A DNA stretch of 63,976 nucleotides, counting the filler, from Globobulimina sp. (Eukaryota): assembly GCA_003354225.1 (NCBI GenBank). It is 46 parts of 46 records of this genome, joined end to end, with 100 filler letters (N's around TTAATTAATTAA, not from the genome) between each part and the next. Parts side by side here need not be neighbours in the genome. Positions count along the whole stretch, not along the records: positions 48,765 to 50,056 come from PIVH01019280.1; positions 50,157 to 51,448 come from PIVH01019281.1; positions 51,549 to 52,840 come from PIVH01019282.1; positions 52,941 to 54,232 come from PIVH01019283.1; positions 54,333 to 55,624 come from PIVH01019284.1; positions 55,725 to 57,016 come from PIVH01019285.1; positions 57,117 to 58,408 come from PIVH01019286.1; positions 58,509 to 59,800 come from PIVH01019287.1; 38 more parts are not named here. One strand, given 5' to 3'. The notes below the pieces were generated by a model. It saw nothing but the letters and a program-made list of their open reading frames with translations. It had not been told where the DNA came from and did not search any database. Shown here one piece after another: positions 48,766 to 61,447 of this stretch. Position 1 is the first letter of the stretch, and each line of letters starts with the position of its first letter. Position numbers and translations under genes: made by a program.

Positions 48766-50048
48766 TATAGTAAATTTGCTACCACAATCACAGCAGACAC
48801 AGCTTCGAGCTCTGAACATAAATCAGAATCAGATAATATCCCTGAATTTGATTATGGATTTCGATTTTATTATCATATTTATTATAAAGACAACGATGAC
48901 CGACATGATCCAGCTGCTTTATTTAAAATATCTGAGCGACAAAGAGGATTTGATAAAAGTTTTGGGAAAACGTTAGGTGACTGGTATATTACAGCAATAC
49001 ATCCCAACTTGAAAAATGAATTATTATCAAATGTTATATGTAAGATTCCAATCAGTGCATATAAACTTTTATTATTGAAGGCAAAAATGCATGGAAGCAG
49101 TGATTATGCAAAAACATTGAAATGCGCTCGTGGTGATTCGGCAAGATATTATGAGATGACATGTGGACAAAATATTGATGTACAACACCTCATTGCCATC
49201 CTGGTTTATTGCAATTACGATGTTATGTTAGATATTAATTTACTTTTATCCCAACACAATTCCGGTTTGCAAAATGTTTAATATTCAGCAAAACATTTCG
49301 TAAATTGACTAATGATGAAACGGAGAAGACGTTGAAAGAGCATAGTAATTTTTATTGGTTAGGAAGAAGAATAAGAGAATGTGTAGAATGTATTGGCATG
49401 AGCTTAGGCACAGAAACACTCGGAATGGCCGAAAATATGAATTTGTATCATGGTGTAGATACATATATGACATTCGGATCAATGACAGCTTTTATTAAAG
49501 TACCGTTGAGTACCACTGTGGAAGAAGCAGTGGCAGTCAATTTCATGTCTGATAAAGGCATATTATTAAAATTACAGCTACACAAAGCTGGAGCTGTAAT
49601 GAAATTTAATGAGGGAGAATATGGCACGAAAAGGATAATTGGATTTGATTGCGAACTTTTCAGTGATTTTCCAGCTGAAAAAGAAAAATTGTTCATTGGT
49701 GGTTTGGTTCCTTTGAAGATAATAGCTATCATATTGACTGATGGCACGAACTATGAATTTTATATATCCGGATTAAGAAAAATGACTAGGTTTATGAGTT
49801 CCGGAGGATTAACATTGGAAACATTTAAAGTGAATCAAACATATGAAACATGGAAACAGCAGATCGAGTTTAGATTATTGTCTCATGAGATACACAGATA
49901 TTACCCACATAACAAATATGCGCATGAGTTGACAGATTGCCCTGTTTATATTCAACAGCTACTTCATTTGCAATGTAAGAATATCAAAGGAATGGCATTT
50001 TGGAGTATTGAAGAATATGATAATAAAACGCAAGATAGTTTTTTTTAA
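48766..50048 (+). CDS. ADP-ribosyltransferase-like protein, partial; frame change or intron near 49222-49290
   Basis: LYHGV, PLSTT..AVAVNF, FSDFPAEKEKLFIGG. Confidence 0.6.
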
Positions 50049-50156
50049 GATAAGAANNNNNNNNNNNNNNNNNNNNNNNNNNNNNNNNNNNNNNNNNNNN
50101 TTAATTAATTAANNNNNNNNNNNNNNNNNNNNNNNNNNNNNNNNNNNNNNNNNNNN

Positions 50157-51448
50157 TTGGACCATTCTTGAAGGGCATCAAGATCCATCTGTAAATGATA
50201 ACTGTCAGTACCATACAGTTTAGCATCATCTGCATATTTCAAAATATTTGACATGCAATAATCATCAAGGTCATTTATATAGGCCAAAAATAAGGGTGGC
50301 CCAAGAACTGAGCCTTGGGGGACACCAGATTTCACTGAATGCATATCTGAAGATTGGCCACGTACAGTAACCCGTTGGTAGCGATCCTTCAAGAAATCTG
50401 CAATCCATATTAGCAGCTGACCACGAATACCCAAACTGGACAATTTTGCTAACAATCTCTGATGAGGGACAGTATCAAAAGCTTTTGAAAAGTCTAAATA
50501 AACCACATCCACTACTTCTGCCCTGTCCAGATGTGCTGTTACATAATCCAAGAACTTTAATAACTGAGAACAGCATGAGCACTTACTTCGAAAACCATGT
50601 TGAGTGCATTTGATGATATTATTGTTGTCCCAAAAAATCCAAATGTAGTAGCGTATAATGGCCTCCATTAATTTACATACAGTAACAGTTAAACTGACTG
50701 GACGATAGTTTGATGGTGTTGATCGGTCACCTTTCTTAAAAATACCCACAACGTCAGCCAATTTCCATTCTGATGGTAAAGATCCAAGAGCAAGAGATCG
50801 TTGGAATAGCATAGCCAATTTTTCATGCAATACAGCACCTCCTTTCTTCAAAACAACATATGGCAATCCATCTGGACCAGGTGAGCTGAAATTCGGAAAA
50901 TTCTTCAAAACTTCTCCAACTTTCTGTGTTGTAAACAGCACAGTATTTATTTCCAAATCAGTTTCACGATGAACCTCAGGAATATTGGTAGTATCTTCCT
51001 CAACAAATACGGTAGCAAAAAAATTAGCCAACACATTTGCACATTCTGTATCTGTAGAAGTGACAGTCCCATCTGGCTTGCGTAGGTTGTTGACATTTAT
51101 CTTATTTTTTCGTTTCAAATTAACATATTTCCAAAATGGTTTAGATCCGTTAACCACATTTGTTGCCAATTGCTGTTCAAATAAATCGACTGAATGGTGA
51201 ATTTGATATTTTAGTTGATGCTCAATATCTCTTAGGCGTCTTCTCAATCGATCAGGGCGATTTTGTCGTTTAAAAGAACGGAATAAGTTTGACTTTCTTC
51301 TGGCTAATCGACAAATAGATGGATCCTTAAACCAAGGCATAACATTTGATGGAGGTTTGTGAGCACGTTTTGGAACAGATGAAATAAGGGATACATCAAT
51401 TACACCTTTAAATCGGGACCAGATCACATCAATCGAATCAGAATCAAA
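50157..51448 (-). mobile_element. LINE reverse transcriptase (CR1/L2-like), internal fragment
   Basis: SPGPDG, NYRPVSLT, QHGFR, YLDFSKAFDTVPH, GVPQGSVLGP, YADD. Confidence 0.95.
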
Positions 51449-51569
51449 NNNNNNNNNNNNNNNNNNNNNNNNNNNNNNNNNNNNNNNNNNNNTTAATTAA
51501 TTAANNNNNNNNNNNNNNNNNNNNNNNNNNNNNNNNNNNNNNNNNNNNAAAAAAAAAAAAGAGATCCCC

Positions 51570-52722
51570 TCAGAAAGTTGGAATAGATGAAAAGTTTAAT
51601 CTGCCAATGTTGCTTTCAAATCTATATTGATTGTATCTTTTTGTGTTTTCAAGTTTGTTAAAATTAATTCTTTTAAGAAATAAATCCAACCCTAATTTGG
51701 CAGTTTTGCCATTGAAATGTAACAGCGATGAATATCCACTCTCATTTTTTGCAGATTTGTTAAAAAACTTGGTATGACTTTTAATTTTTTGCATAGTTTT
51801 TATTTGATTCATTGATCTCAATAAAGACTGATTATAATCCAATGAAATAATATCATCTTTTACAAATATGCGATGAACAAAATATTGATCCCCATTTCTC
51901 TCAAAAATCACATTAAATGTATTATGTACGCCATATTTGATAGCTTTTTGAAACAAAATATTTGCATTCTTTAGTCTTCCAATCCATGCGCCTGAATTCA
52001 AATATCTTTTTGCGTCATTTAGCAAATATTTTGGAAGTGTTGGATATGCGCTGTCATTGCAAATATTATACAACCATTCCTTTTGCGGCCAACATTTTGT
52101 TTCCGTCATAAAAATAACAGATTGTTTTTCATTTAATTCATGTTCGAGTTCAATAAATTTTGATAATATTTGCTGTGGCGATGCTTGAATGAGGACATCG
52201 AATGCGTCAACAAATAATATCACTGTTTCTGGCGATATCCTATCCATTAAATATTTCATTTGATTGTATAAATTAATTAGTTTCATCCAATGAGTCCACA
52301 GTTTATTCAATGAGCTTTGTTTCAAACCCATTATATTGATGGAATGGTTGTATATCAATGAATTTACGATTAATAGCTGTATTAATGTTATTTTATTATT
52401 GTGTTTGGTTGCCATTGATATGCAACATTACCTTAAATGCATTGGAATTGAATTGGTTGGCTGACATAAACACAATCAAACTCATATTATTTAGATCATC
52501 CTTATAAATTAATGGATTGTGCACAATCCACTGTTGCTGTTCAACATAAAACATATCAAATGGGTTGTACCTATCTGTTGCATTTAACGTTGGATGCAGA
52601 CGTTTACTCCAATTGGAAACCATTAAGAATAAGTCGTCAGTTAGATTTAGGGAGTTATATGCGTACAATACTATTCCTATACATATGATATAAGTAAAGG
52701 TTTGGTACAATGATGCTGCCAT
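51570..52722 (-). CDS. PLOD-like glycosyltransferase, type II membrane protein, intron 52377-52431
   Basis: N-terminal TM; FVDAFDV, ETKCWP, YLNSGAWIG, DQ, LHFNG. Confidence 0.85.
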
Positions 52723-52942
52723 GGCTTTTATTACTGCAGTTGAAAAACTATGATATAATCAAATGGCAAGACTAAAGATCAAACTTCAAACATTATTTGT
52801 GCTGATAATTATTGTACTATTTTCATCTCTATGTGTCGAANNNNNNNNNNNNNNNNNNNNNNNNNNNNNNNNNNNNNNNNNNNNTTAATTAATTAANNNN
52901 NNNNNNNNNNNNNNNNNNNNNNNNNNNNNNNNNNNNNNNNTT

Positions 52943-54232
52943 GACACAAAATACACAAATGACAACAAATATAAACCAGATCAATCAGAAAGTCAGACAG
53001 GAGGAAACCACAGACACTCCGATGTTGTTCCTGACACTGATTCGGTCGAAAATACACAAAGTACAGGTTTAATAAAACAGACAGTCGTAAATAAGAATTG
53101 TATCTTTTGTGCAGAGCCTCATTACGCAAGTGATTGTAATACATACACAGACGCAAAGTCGCGAATGGCTCGTATAAAGAATAAATGTTTACGTTGTCTT
53201 AAATCTGATCATAAAACAAATGAATGCATAAGCAAAAAATCATGTTATTATTGCAAAGGCAAATATCATAACAGTAGCTTGTGTAATATTAAATTCCCAA
53301 CGGCAACGGAGAATGAGGGAGAGACACACGGACCAGACGTAAAAGCTAATAACAGCACATCAATTAAAAATTGTACGGAAGACAATAGCAAGACAATCAT
53401 AACCAAATATAGTGGAAAAACAGATCGTTCAGAAGTACTGTCAGGAGGAAACCACAGACACTCCACAGACGCATATAATACTGATTCGATCGAAATTACA
53501 CAAATTGGAAGTATAGCCCAAAGGGTTAAAGTAAACAAACGAAGTAAATGTAGTTCAGTTAATAAATACGGTTCTACAACAAATACAAATAAATCGCAAG
53601 TTCTTGATGATGAATCACAAGTTCTTAGCCAATCAGAAACAAATGGAAAAATAGTCGCTGATACATTAGTAGACAATAAAGTTTACAGTAAAAATGGTGA
53701 CAAAACAATTAACGAAACTGTTGAAATTGAATTAATACGAGCTGAATCTCAAGTGGATAACACAGCAAAGGCAATTGTTACAAGTAACAAAATTAACTCC
53801 TCAAATGAGGAAATTGGCAACGTTAGTCCATTTAGAGATACACAGACGTATAAACAAATCAAAACAGTTAGTTCATTCATGGATAAGCATAAAGTCAAAA
53901 TTCACGCGGAAACCGTAGTTGACTACAAGCTATCACATGATTTGAATGAAAGTAACATCACTGAAATACAGTCAGACGATAAAGTTTGCACGAGTAACAG
54001 TGACAAAAATTGTACAGAAATTATGGAAAATTCAATCGAAAAACCAAATATCGAAAATAAAGTCACTCAATTACTTTCAAATGAAACAGTTTGCAATAGT
54101 AATAGTGACAATACATTCAACCAAAATTACGACAAAAATGAAGATTCAGTTGGGGAAAACAGCGCACAGGACACCCCAGGAGTCAAGGACAAAAATACAA
54201 ATATTGACATTAAACACAAAAATGCAACAGGA
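52943..54232 (+). mobile_element. BEL/Pao retrotransposon Gag region with a low-complexity linker
   Basis: Three Zn knuckles: CIFC..HYASDC, CLRCL..HKTNEC, CYYC..HNSSLC; frame open across the contig. Confidence 0.8.
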
Positions 54233-54332
54233 NNNNNNNNNNNNNNNNNNNNNNNNNNNNNNNNNNNNNNNNNNNNTTAATTAATTAANNNNNNNNNNNN
54301 NNNNNNNNNNNNNNNNNNNNNNNNNNNNNNNN

Positions 54333-55229
54333 TTTATTTCTTTTTTTTTTATTTTTAATATTATCATTTTTAAATTGATTTTTTTTATTATCCATTAATG
54401 TTTGAGTTTGTGAATGCAATCCATCCACTTTCAATACAAAAGAACAATGTTTCATACAATATTTCAAATTATTCAGTTTAAAATAAATATCAGCCAATCT
54501 AAAATTCACCGCAATATATATTCTTTTTATGCTTTTCAACCTTTTTATTGTGTCCAACCCATATTTTCTATTTTTATACTCATCTTTTCTGTCAAATGGA
54601 ATAAATTTCTCTATTCCATCTACCCATTTTAACGAATTTTTATAGGCTTTAATCGTTTTTACAAAGTTGGAATCATTCGATTTAAATCCGTTATTTCCAC
54701 ATCTTTGATATTTTAATGCTTCAGCAATGCGTTCATTTGATGATGGTATCATTGGTGGCCATTTTGAAGTGTTTTCAATGTGCCGTAATTTGATACTATG
54801 CCATTTAGAGAGTTTAATATCTCGGATAATCAAATCATGCTGGGGAGACATGTATCGGAATTCGGGATCCGATTTATCCAAATCCAAAATATAAAAATAT
54901 TCAATGTCCATATAATTGCCACTAATATTCTGTTTCATTATTTTCTGCAATGATGATTCAATTCTGTTTGTGACATATCCTGCATCTAAAACGCGAAGAA
55001 ATGAACCTTGACATTTCCTTAATAAACAATACCAGTCTGTATCATTCATAATCGATTTTAATTTCTTTATTTTCGAAATCCAAAATGTCAATTTTCTGTC
55101 TTTTTGGTATGCGGATTTCAATTCAAACAACAGTTTGCGACCCAAATCAGCATAAGATGAACCATTATGATTGTACATGATATAATATTTTCCTTTGTAA
55201 AGGAACATATAGAGACCGCGTGTACCCAT
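54333..55229 (-). CDS. MGTRG-type uncharacterised domain fused to TPRs
   Basis: MGTRG...YNH...LG...DIEYFYILDLD, then TPR-like ALKYQRCGNNGFK. Confidence 0.7.
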
Positions 55230-55724
55230 ATTGAAGATATCTATATATTATTATATGCTTTGCAGATGGGCTGGAAGTGGGAAATAATCTGTTTCAAAAA
55301 AACTTTCACAATAACTAGTAAGCGTATATAAGTACAAAACAAACAATAGCCGACTATTCCTTAATAAGTCTCGGACATTTGGAGATACATTGGTCTGACT
55401 TTTCATCAGAGTTGCATGGCTATGTTTGTACATGTTTGCAATATACATTAAAATAACTTGCAAACTGTACATATTATCTGGATCATATTGTTTCAATTTT
55501 TCCATATAATTCTTGTCACCAACTCTTTATTCAGTTCCTCATTATCCATTGTCAACAATCGAACAGCATCTGCTCCTAACTCATCAGTAGCAATTGCAAT
55601 ATCATTTTGACTCAATTCAATTTTNNNNNNNNNNNNNNNNNNNNNNNNNNNNNNNNNNNNNNNNNNNNTTAATTAATTAANNNNNNNNNNNNNNNNNNNN
55701 NNNNNNNNNNNNNNNNNNNNNNNN

Positions 55725-56593
55725 CTTTTTAAAATATATTTTGTGTCGGGTCGTTGAATTGTCAAATGGTCAGTTATGTCTTGAGTGTCCATGAATTCAA
55801 TAGCTTTCAAAAGATCTTCGCGATTTCTTATTACCATTGGTTCATTCCAGTAACGCTGAGCATTCGCAAGAGGATAAAAATACCTCCACTCCTCTGTTTC
55901 AATGTGCTGCAGCAAACGGCCCCAACCAATATTGATTTTATAAGCACTTGGTTGGAGATCGTGGATTTTCATCAACAATTCTGTCAGTTCTGCTGCATTC
56001 ACTTCATCTGTTCTCAATCTGATGTTGTACTGATGTCTGAGTTTGCCATATGTGTATTTTGTTCGAACATAGTCCCATGATTCAGTCAAACAATTAATCG
56101 CTTCTCTAGTATACCCCTCATCGGATAACTGCGAGAAATATTCACCAGCAAATTGATTTTCTGGCGATGGCAATCCAGCAATGTTTAGTAACGGTTTTAT
56201 ATTTCGTTTCTTTTTGGCTGGTTCGATTTCAGGTTCTTTCAATTTTTCTGAATGTTTTATCAGTACATGTCGTTTCAGATTGCTGGCTTGAGTTGTTTTG
56301 TAATCGCATTCCTTGCATTCAAACAGTTTCGGATTTCCATGCATCGTTTGTGTGTGTCGTTTCAGGCTTTGGTTTGTGGCGAATGTTTTACCACAAATCG
56401 AACATTCATTTTTCATTGACATCTTCTCAACACACGATTCCACATTGTTTATGGAAGGTTTGCGCAATTTCAAATCATATGGTTTTGAATTTCCGTGTAT
56501 AGTACGTTCATGACGGTAAAGATGTGATTTTTTGCTAAAAGTTTTACCGCAAGTCGAACACACAACCTTTATTGGGCCAAGCATCTTGCACAA
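55725..56593 (-). mobile_element. C2H2 zinc fingers plus a Polinton/Maverick-type PolB-associated N-terminal region
   Basis: Three C2H2 fingers, then YKINIGWG...ETEEWRYFY...PMVIRNREDL...QRPDTKY. Confidence 0.6.
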
Positions 56594-56641
56594 TGAGACT
56601 TTGTAATAGTGAATGAAACCTGATTGTTTTTTGTTTGTTTT

Positions 56642-56790
56642 AGGAGGTTAGTAACCTCCTGTAATTGACAGTGTCAGTTGTTTGTATTAGTAGGTTTACC
56701 CCAACCTCCTGTATAATTGACAATGTCAGCTGTTTGTTTTAGGTAGAAGGATAGTAACTTCTTGTAGTAATTGACAGTGTCAGCTGTTCA
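56642..56790. repeat. Three ~53-bp imperfect tandem units, each with a TGACA-N-TGTCA palindrome
   Basis: Palindromes at 56666-56676, 56718-56728 and 56772-56782. Confidence 0.8.
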
Positions 56791-57116
56791 ATCGGTTGTC
56801 AATTGTAATACCGTAACTCGTAACCTGCACATCATATCAGTTTTTAAGTGAAACATGAATACAGTAACCTAAAATCTAATAGGTTGTCCTCGCTTCGCTG
56901 GATATTTACAGTGACCCAAAATTAGGGCTAAATGTAACATACACATAGTTGCGTTTGTGTTAGGAATAAAGTGAAACACGGAATACAGAAATCCCAAAAT
57001 AGACCACTGAAGCCTTNNNNNNNNNNNNNNNNNNNNNNNNNNNNNNNNNNNNNNNNNNNNTTAATTAATTAANNNNNNNNNNNNNNNNNNNNNNNNNNNN
57101 NNNNNNNNNNNNNNNN

Positions 57117-57602
57117 GATGCCAGAGGTTATTTGCTGTTAACTTCGCAGGGGAATAATGTTCCAAAATTTGAGGCTTTAACTATGGATCATAACGTTCAC
57201 AATGAACACGAAAAGGAACGCATTGAAAAAATGGGTGGTAAGATTATTAATGGCCGTATTGACGGCAAGATAGCAGTTTCGAGGGCATTTGGTGACAGTG
57301 CGATGAAGTATGATGGAGGTGTCGTGACTGCGGAGTGTGAGTATAAGGAATTTATGGCAGATGATGGAGATTCGTTGCTATTATGTTGTGATGGATTAGT
57401 GGAGAAATGGTCGGATAAAACGTTGATTCAAAGGGTTTCTCAAAATTTGAATGAGAAACAAAATGATACAGCGAAAGCAATGGGTTCTTTGATTGATGAT
57501 GCAATTTATGAGGGATCCGACGATAATATATCTGCGATGTTAATTCAGTTTAAGGACGGGACAAAACAAAAAATTGAAAACCAGAAATATGAAAATGTAT
57601 GA
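57117..57602 (+). CDS. Protein phosphatase 2C, C-terminal part
   Basis: LTMDH, AVSRAFGD, LCCDGL, GSDDNIS. Confidence 0.92.
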   Translation, partial: DARGYLLLTSQGNNVPKFEALTMDHNVHNEHEKERIEKMGGKIINGRIDGKIAVSRAFGDSAMKYDGGVVTAECEYKEFMADDGDSLLLCCDGLVEKWSDKTLIQRVSQNLNEKQNDTAKAMGSLIDDAIYEGSDDNISAMLIQFKDGTKQKIENQKYENV

Positions 57603-57886
57603 TTTATATATTAATATATATCCAACTGTATTTTTTGTTGTTTTTTTTAATTTTAATACGTATATTCTCCATTTAAAAAGTATTCCATTTTTCGTCTTAA
57701 CGATCAAAACTGTAATCTCTGATTGTTGTAGCGATCGATTATGATTGTCGATCGTTGCAAGCTTAGAGTAAAGTAACCAGAAAAGATTTAAAAACTTTGC
57801 CTAAAAACTTTTCCCACTTCTCTTTCCTTCAAAAACTAAAGAAGCAATCGTGCTTAATAATTATTATACAATTTTATTTTATACAT

Positions 57887-58399
57887 TTATTTTGTTCGTG
57901 TTGGTTTTGCATTTTCATTTTTTTTATCATAGCCATGGCGTTTTGACATATGACTGTTACATATCCCCCAGGTTCTAAATTTCATCCCACACCACCTGCA
58001 CTCATATGGCTTCTCGCCCGAATGAATGGTTGAATGACTTTTTAAATAACATTTCTTTTTAAATGTCTTTTTACAATCACCGCACTTAAAAGGTCTCTCA
58101 TCACTATGAATTACCGCATGATTCGACAATCCAGATTTAGTTTTAAATTTTTTACCACATTTCCCACATTTTAACCTCTTTCGCACCGTCTGAACAGACA
58201 CAGACACAGACTCAGACTCACTCGCTCTATTATTCATATCCATTGGTTCATACTCTTCATCACTGACATTGCCATTTTCTTCCTGTGACATATTATCACT
58301 GCTTGGAATACGATAATTATTATATACAGATAACTTTATTCCTCTCTCTCCTCTCTCTCCTCTGTTTCTTACCGGTTCTGACATTGCCACATTCTCCAT
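57887..58399 (-). CDS. C2H2 zinc finger protein
   Basis: Three fingers with HSDERPF and HSGEKPY linkers. Confidence 0.88.
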   Translation of the reverse strand: MENVAMSEPVRNRGERGERGIKLSVYNNYRIPSSDNMSQEENGNVSDEEYEPMDMNNRASESESVSVSVQTVRKRLKCGKCGKKFKTKSGLSNHAVIHSDERPFKCGDCKKTFKKKCYLKSHSTIHSGEKPYECRWCGMKFRTWGICNSHMSKRHGYDKKNENAKPTRTK

Positions 58400-58509
58400 A
58401 TTATTTGCNNNNNNNNNNNNNNNNNNNNNNNNNNNNNNNNNNNNNNNNNNNNTTAATTAATTAANNNNNNNNNNNNNNNNNNNNNNNNNNNNNNNNNNNN
58501 NNNNNNNNA

Positions 58510-59357
58510 CCAATAATTATACAAAGAATGAACGAGAATTGGTTTGGAATTATCCCATTGTTGGTTTGGCTCAATTTCAGTCCTCGCAATTATTAAATGT
58601 CAAATGCAATGCAAGGGAGATATTTCATAAAATATGGAAGCTTCCATTGAATAATTATCATTTGGATGATGGCGGTGACAATGACAATGAATTTAAAATT
58701 GAGATTGAAGCTGCGGACACCAATGAAATGCTGGATAAATCCTTACAAATTGACTTAATTCAAAAATCAATAAATAACAATAATAATAATAATGCATTGC
58801 AAATTGAAGTGTTGTTTGAACCATTAAAAGCATTCAACGGCACATCAAAATTGCATATTATTAATAAACACGGTGTTTCGTGGATATTTCAATTGAATTT
58901 TATTGTGAATAAAGCCGCCGTTGATGATATTATTAAAATCGAATCGCAATTACATTGTACCAGTTCAATATGTTTTGTATTGGATTGTATCGAATCAATG
59001 CCATTTCGCGCCTATTTTACTGCAGATTCGCCATTCGAATTCGATGTAGATCCAAAACAAGGCAGTTTCGAGCAACAGGATGGTCAGCAATTTATTGTAT
59101 CCTTTACCCCAAATGAATATGGTGCTGCTTTGAATGGCAAATTAATCATAGAAACTTCTGTCATGGAGTGGTCATACAAAGTGATTGGGACTCATCCAAC
59201 GTATATCCCACCAAATATAAATTCATTCAAACCAACTGTGGATAATAAGATCTCCAAAAAAATGCAATTTAAACGACAAAAAGAAAAGCGTATTATTAAA
59301 AATAGAAATTTTCTGAAGAAAAATATCTCTGCGGCAAAAAAACAAAACAAGTTTTAA
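58510..59357 (+). CDS. CFAP47: Cilia- and flagella-associated protein 47-like, C-terminal part
   Basis: VDDIIKIE, PFRAYFT..SPFEFDVDP, FIVSFTPNEYG, GKLIIET..WSY.V.G..P.Y.PP. Confidence 0.72.
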
Positions 59358-59513
59358 TTCCCAATGTGTGATGTTGTGTGTTGTGGTGTTGCTTTTTGTG
59401 TGTATTTGTTCAATGTATTATTATTATGATTGTATGTTCAGTGGGTCCTGTTTTATATAATTATTTAACAGAGCAAATATAAATATTCATCTTACAAACA
59501 AAATTAAAACAAA

Positions 59514-59798
59514 TCATAAATTATCTTTTTCATCTTCGTTATTTGCTTTACAATTTCCAATTATTATTCGAGTTTCATAACATCCAGGATACATTTCAAG
59601 AATTTCTTCATCTGTATCAAAATCATTTGAATTAAATAATAAGGGTTTCTTAATATATTTTGGCGGATTGGCATCACGAACATGTAAACATTGATTATAT
59701 TCATTATATCCCCATAAATAATATTTGTTATCCGCTGTTTTAACAATATTATGATGTCCACCACATTTAATATCAATAATTGTTTCCTTTTCTAATGT
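59514..59798 (-). CDS. RCC1-repeat protein, C-terminal fragment (not in the ORF track)
   Basis: Manual translation IIDIKCGGHHNIVKT...YLWGYNEYNQCL. Confidence 0.7.
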   Translation of the reverse strand, partial: TLEKETIIDIKCGGHHNIVKTADNKYYLWGYNEYNQCLHVRDANPPKYIKKPLLFNSNDFDTDEEILEMYPGCYETRIIIGNCKANNEDEKDNL

Positions 59799-59900
59799 TT
59801 NNNNNNNNNNNNNNNNNNNNNNNNNNNNNNNNNNNNNNNNNNNNTTAATTAATTAANNNNNNNNNNNNNNNNNNNNNNNNNNNNNNNNNNNNNNNNNNNN

Positions 59901-60213
59901 GAGATTAAATGGGAATAATTTGGATTATGCGTTATGGCGGCAATGGGATTCAAAGAAAGTATTTTATTTCATTATGAATGCAGTGAATGATGGCTCCTTA
60001 AAGCCGTATCAAGAAAGTATTAAAAAAGAGATATTTGAGTCGGAATATACTGGCAAAGATTTAGCAGATATTGAAAAAGCTGATGTTAAAGCAATGGGAA
60101 TTAAAAAAATGAGTGCAAGAATTGCTGTTTATAAAGCAATTCAAAAACTTATTCAAAATAAACCACAAATGAATGAAGGAATTGCGTCAAACGAACCAAC
60201 TCCATATATTTAA
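59901..60213 (+). CDS. SAM-domain protein, C-terminal fragment
   Basis: QWDSKKV, YTGKDL..IEKADVKAMGIKKMSARIAVYKAIQKL. Confidence 0.75.
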
Positions 60214-60335
60214 CATTATTGTGCATACTAATTATTATATTTTTGTAATATTTGCGAGTTTTTCAGTGTAATTGAAACTAAGCTTTTTTAATTACTGCGG
60301 ATCTTCGGGTTCCTTAACGCCAAAATCCGAACCAT

Positions 60336-61107
60336 ATGAATCCGTGTTTATTTATTTGTATTTGTATCAGTGCGATCTGGTACGTATCTGCAACAGATAG
60401 AAATAATAAAGCGAGCATACATTCAATCGTTGCAAGAGCACTCATCCAACATTCAAAGGCAAATTATGATAGTCATGCAATTCCTGGATCCTCTGCATTT
60501 GACTCCGGATCCATTCCGCCAATATCCATAGAACGTTATATCAACAGGTTAAGAAATCGCATTCATGCATGTTATCTGCTGTTATCTTATTCAATTTTTT
60601 TTGACAGATTATCAAAATATGCACATTGCAGTGAGCCATGTTTTATGTTAGCTGTTATTTACATTGATCGATTGGTTACACTCAATCCGCAGATCAGAAT
60701 TAGTCGGTTCACGGTGCATCGTTTAATTGCAACATCACTTGTGATTGCTGCGGAATATTTTGATGACACTTATTATGCAAATAAATACTACTCCAATATG
60801 TTTGGAATGCATTTAATTGGTATTTGTTACATTCTATTTTGTTTTTTATTGTGTTTTGCTGATGTTATTGATGTGCAATAAACAGAACTAGACACTTTGG
60901 AACGTATTTTTTTAGAAACAATAGAATTTAATTGTTCTGTGTCCGCAGAACAGGTCTGTTTAAAATCCGTAATAAGCTTTCATTTTTGTGGCAAATTGTA
61001 AATACAAATAATTAATATGATGCGTATAGACTACGTTGGAAACCCAAACAAAGCAAATAATGTCGATTAATGGGAATAATGTGGATGCTAAGACTGGTGA
61101 CGCCTGA
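60336..61107 (+). CDS. PHO80/cyclin-U-like protein; introns 60548-60607, 60820-60885 and probably one starting at 60954 (last exon tentative)
   Basis: PPISIERYINR, CFMLAVIYIDRL, VHRLIATS, YFDDTYYANKYY, ELDTLERIFL. Confidence 0.85.
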
Positions 61108-61447
61108 AAATTAAAGTCCGTAACGAACAGAACTTCATTCATGAAAAAGTAATTTGTTTTTTGTTGTTGTATAAACAATTAAGAAATTGAAANNNNNNNN
61201 NNNNNNNNNNNNNNNNNNNNNNNNNNNNNNNNNNNNTTAATTAATTAANNNNNNNNNNNNNNNNNNNNNNNNNNNNNNNNNNNNNNNNNNNNTAATACTT
61301 AAATGTGTTAAAGTTGGCAAACTAAAGCGTAAGTGCCATGTAATTGCAGGTTTTTGAGTTGCCTCTCAGAAAATACAATGCTGAAAGTCAACAAAACATT
61401 TTGCAGATTCCAATTATTACAGCTTATCACTCCATCCATCAGTTTAT

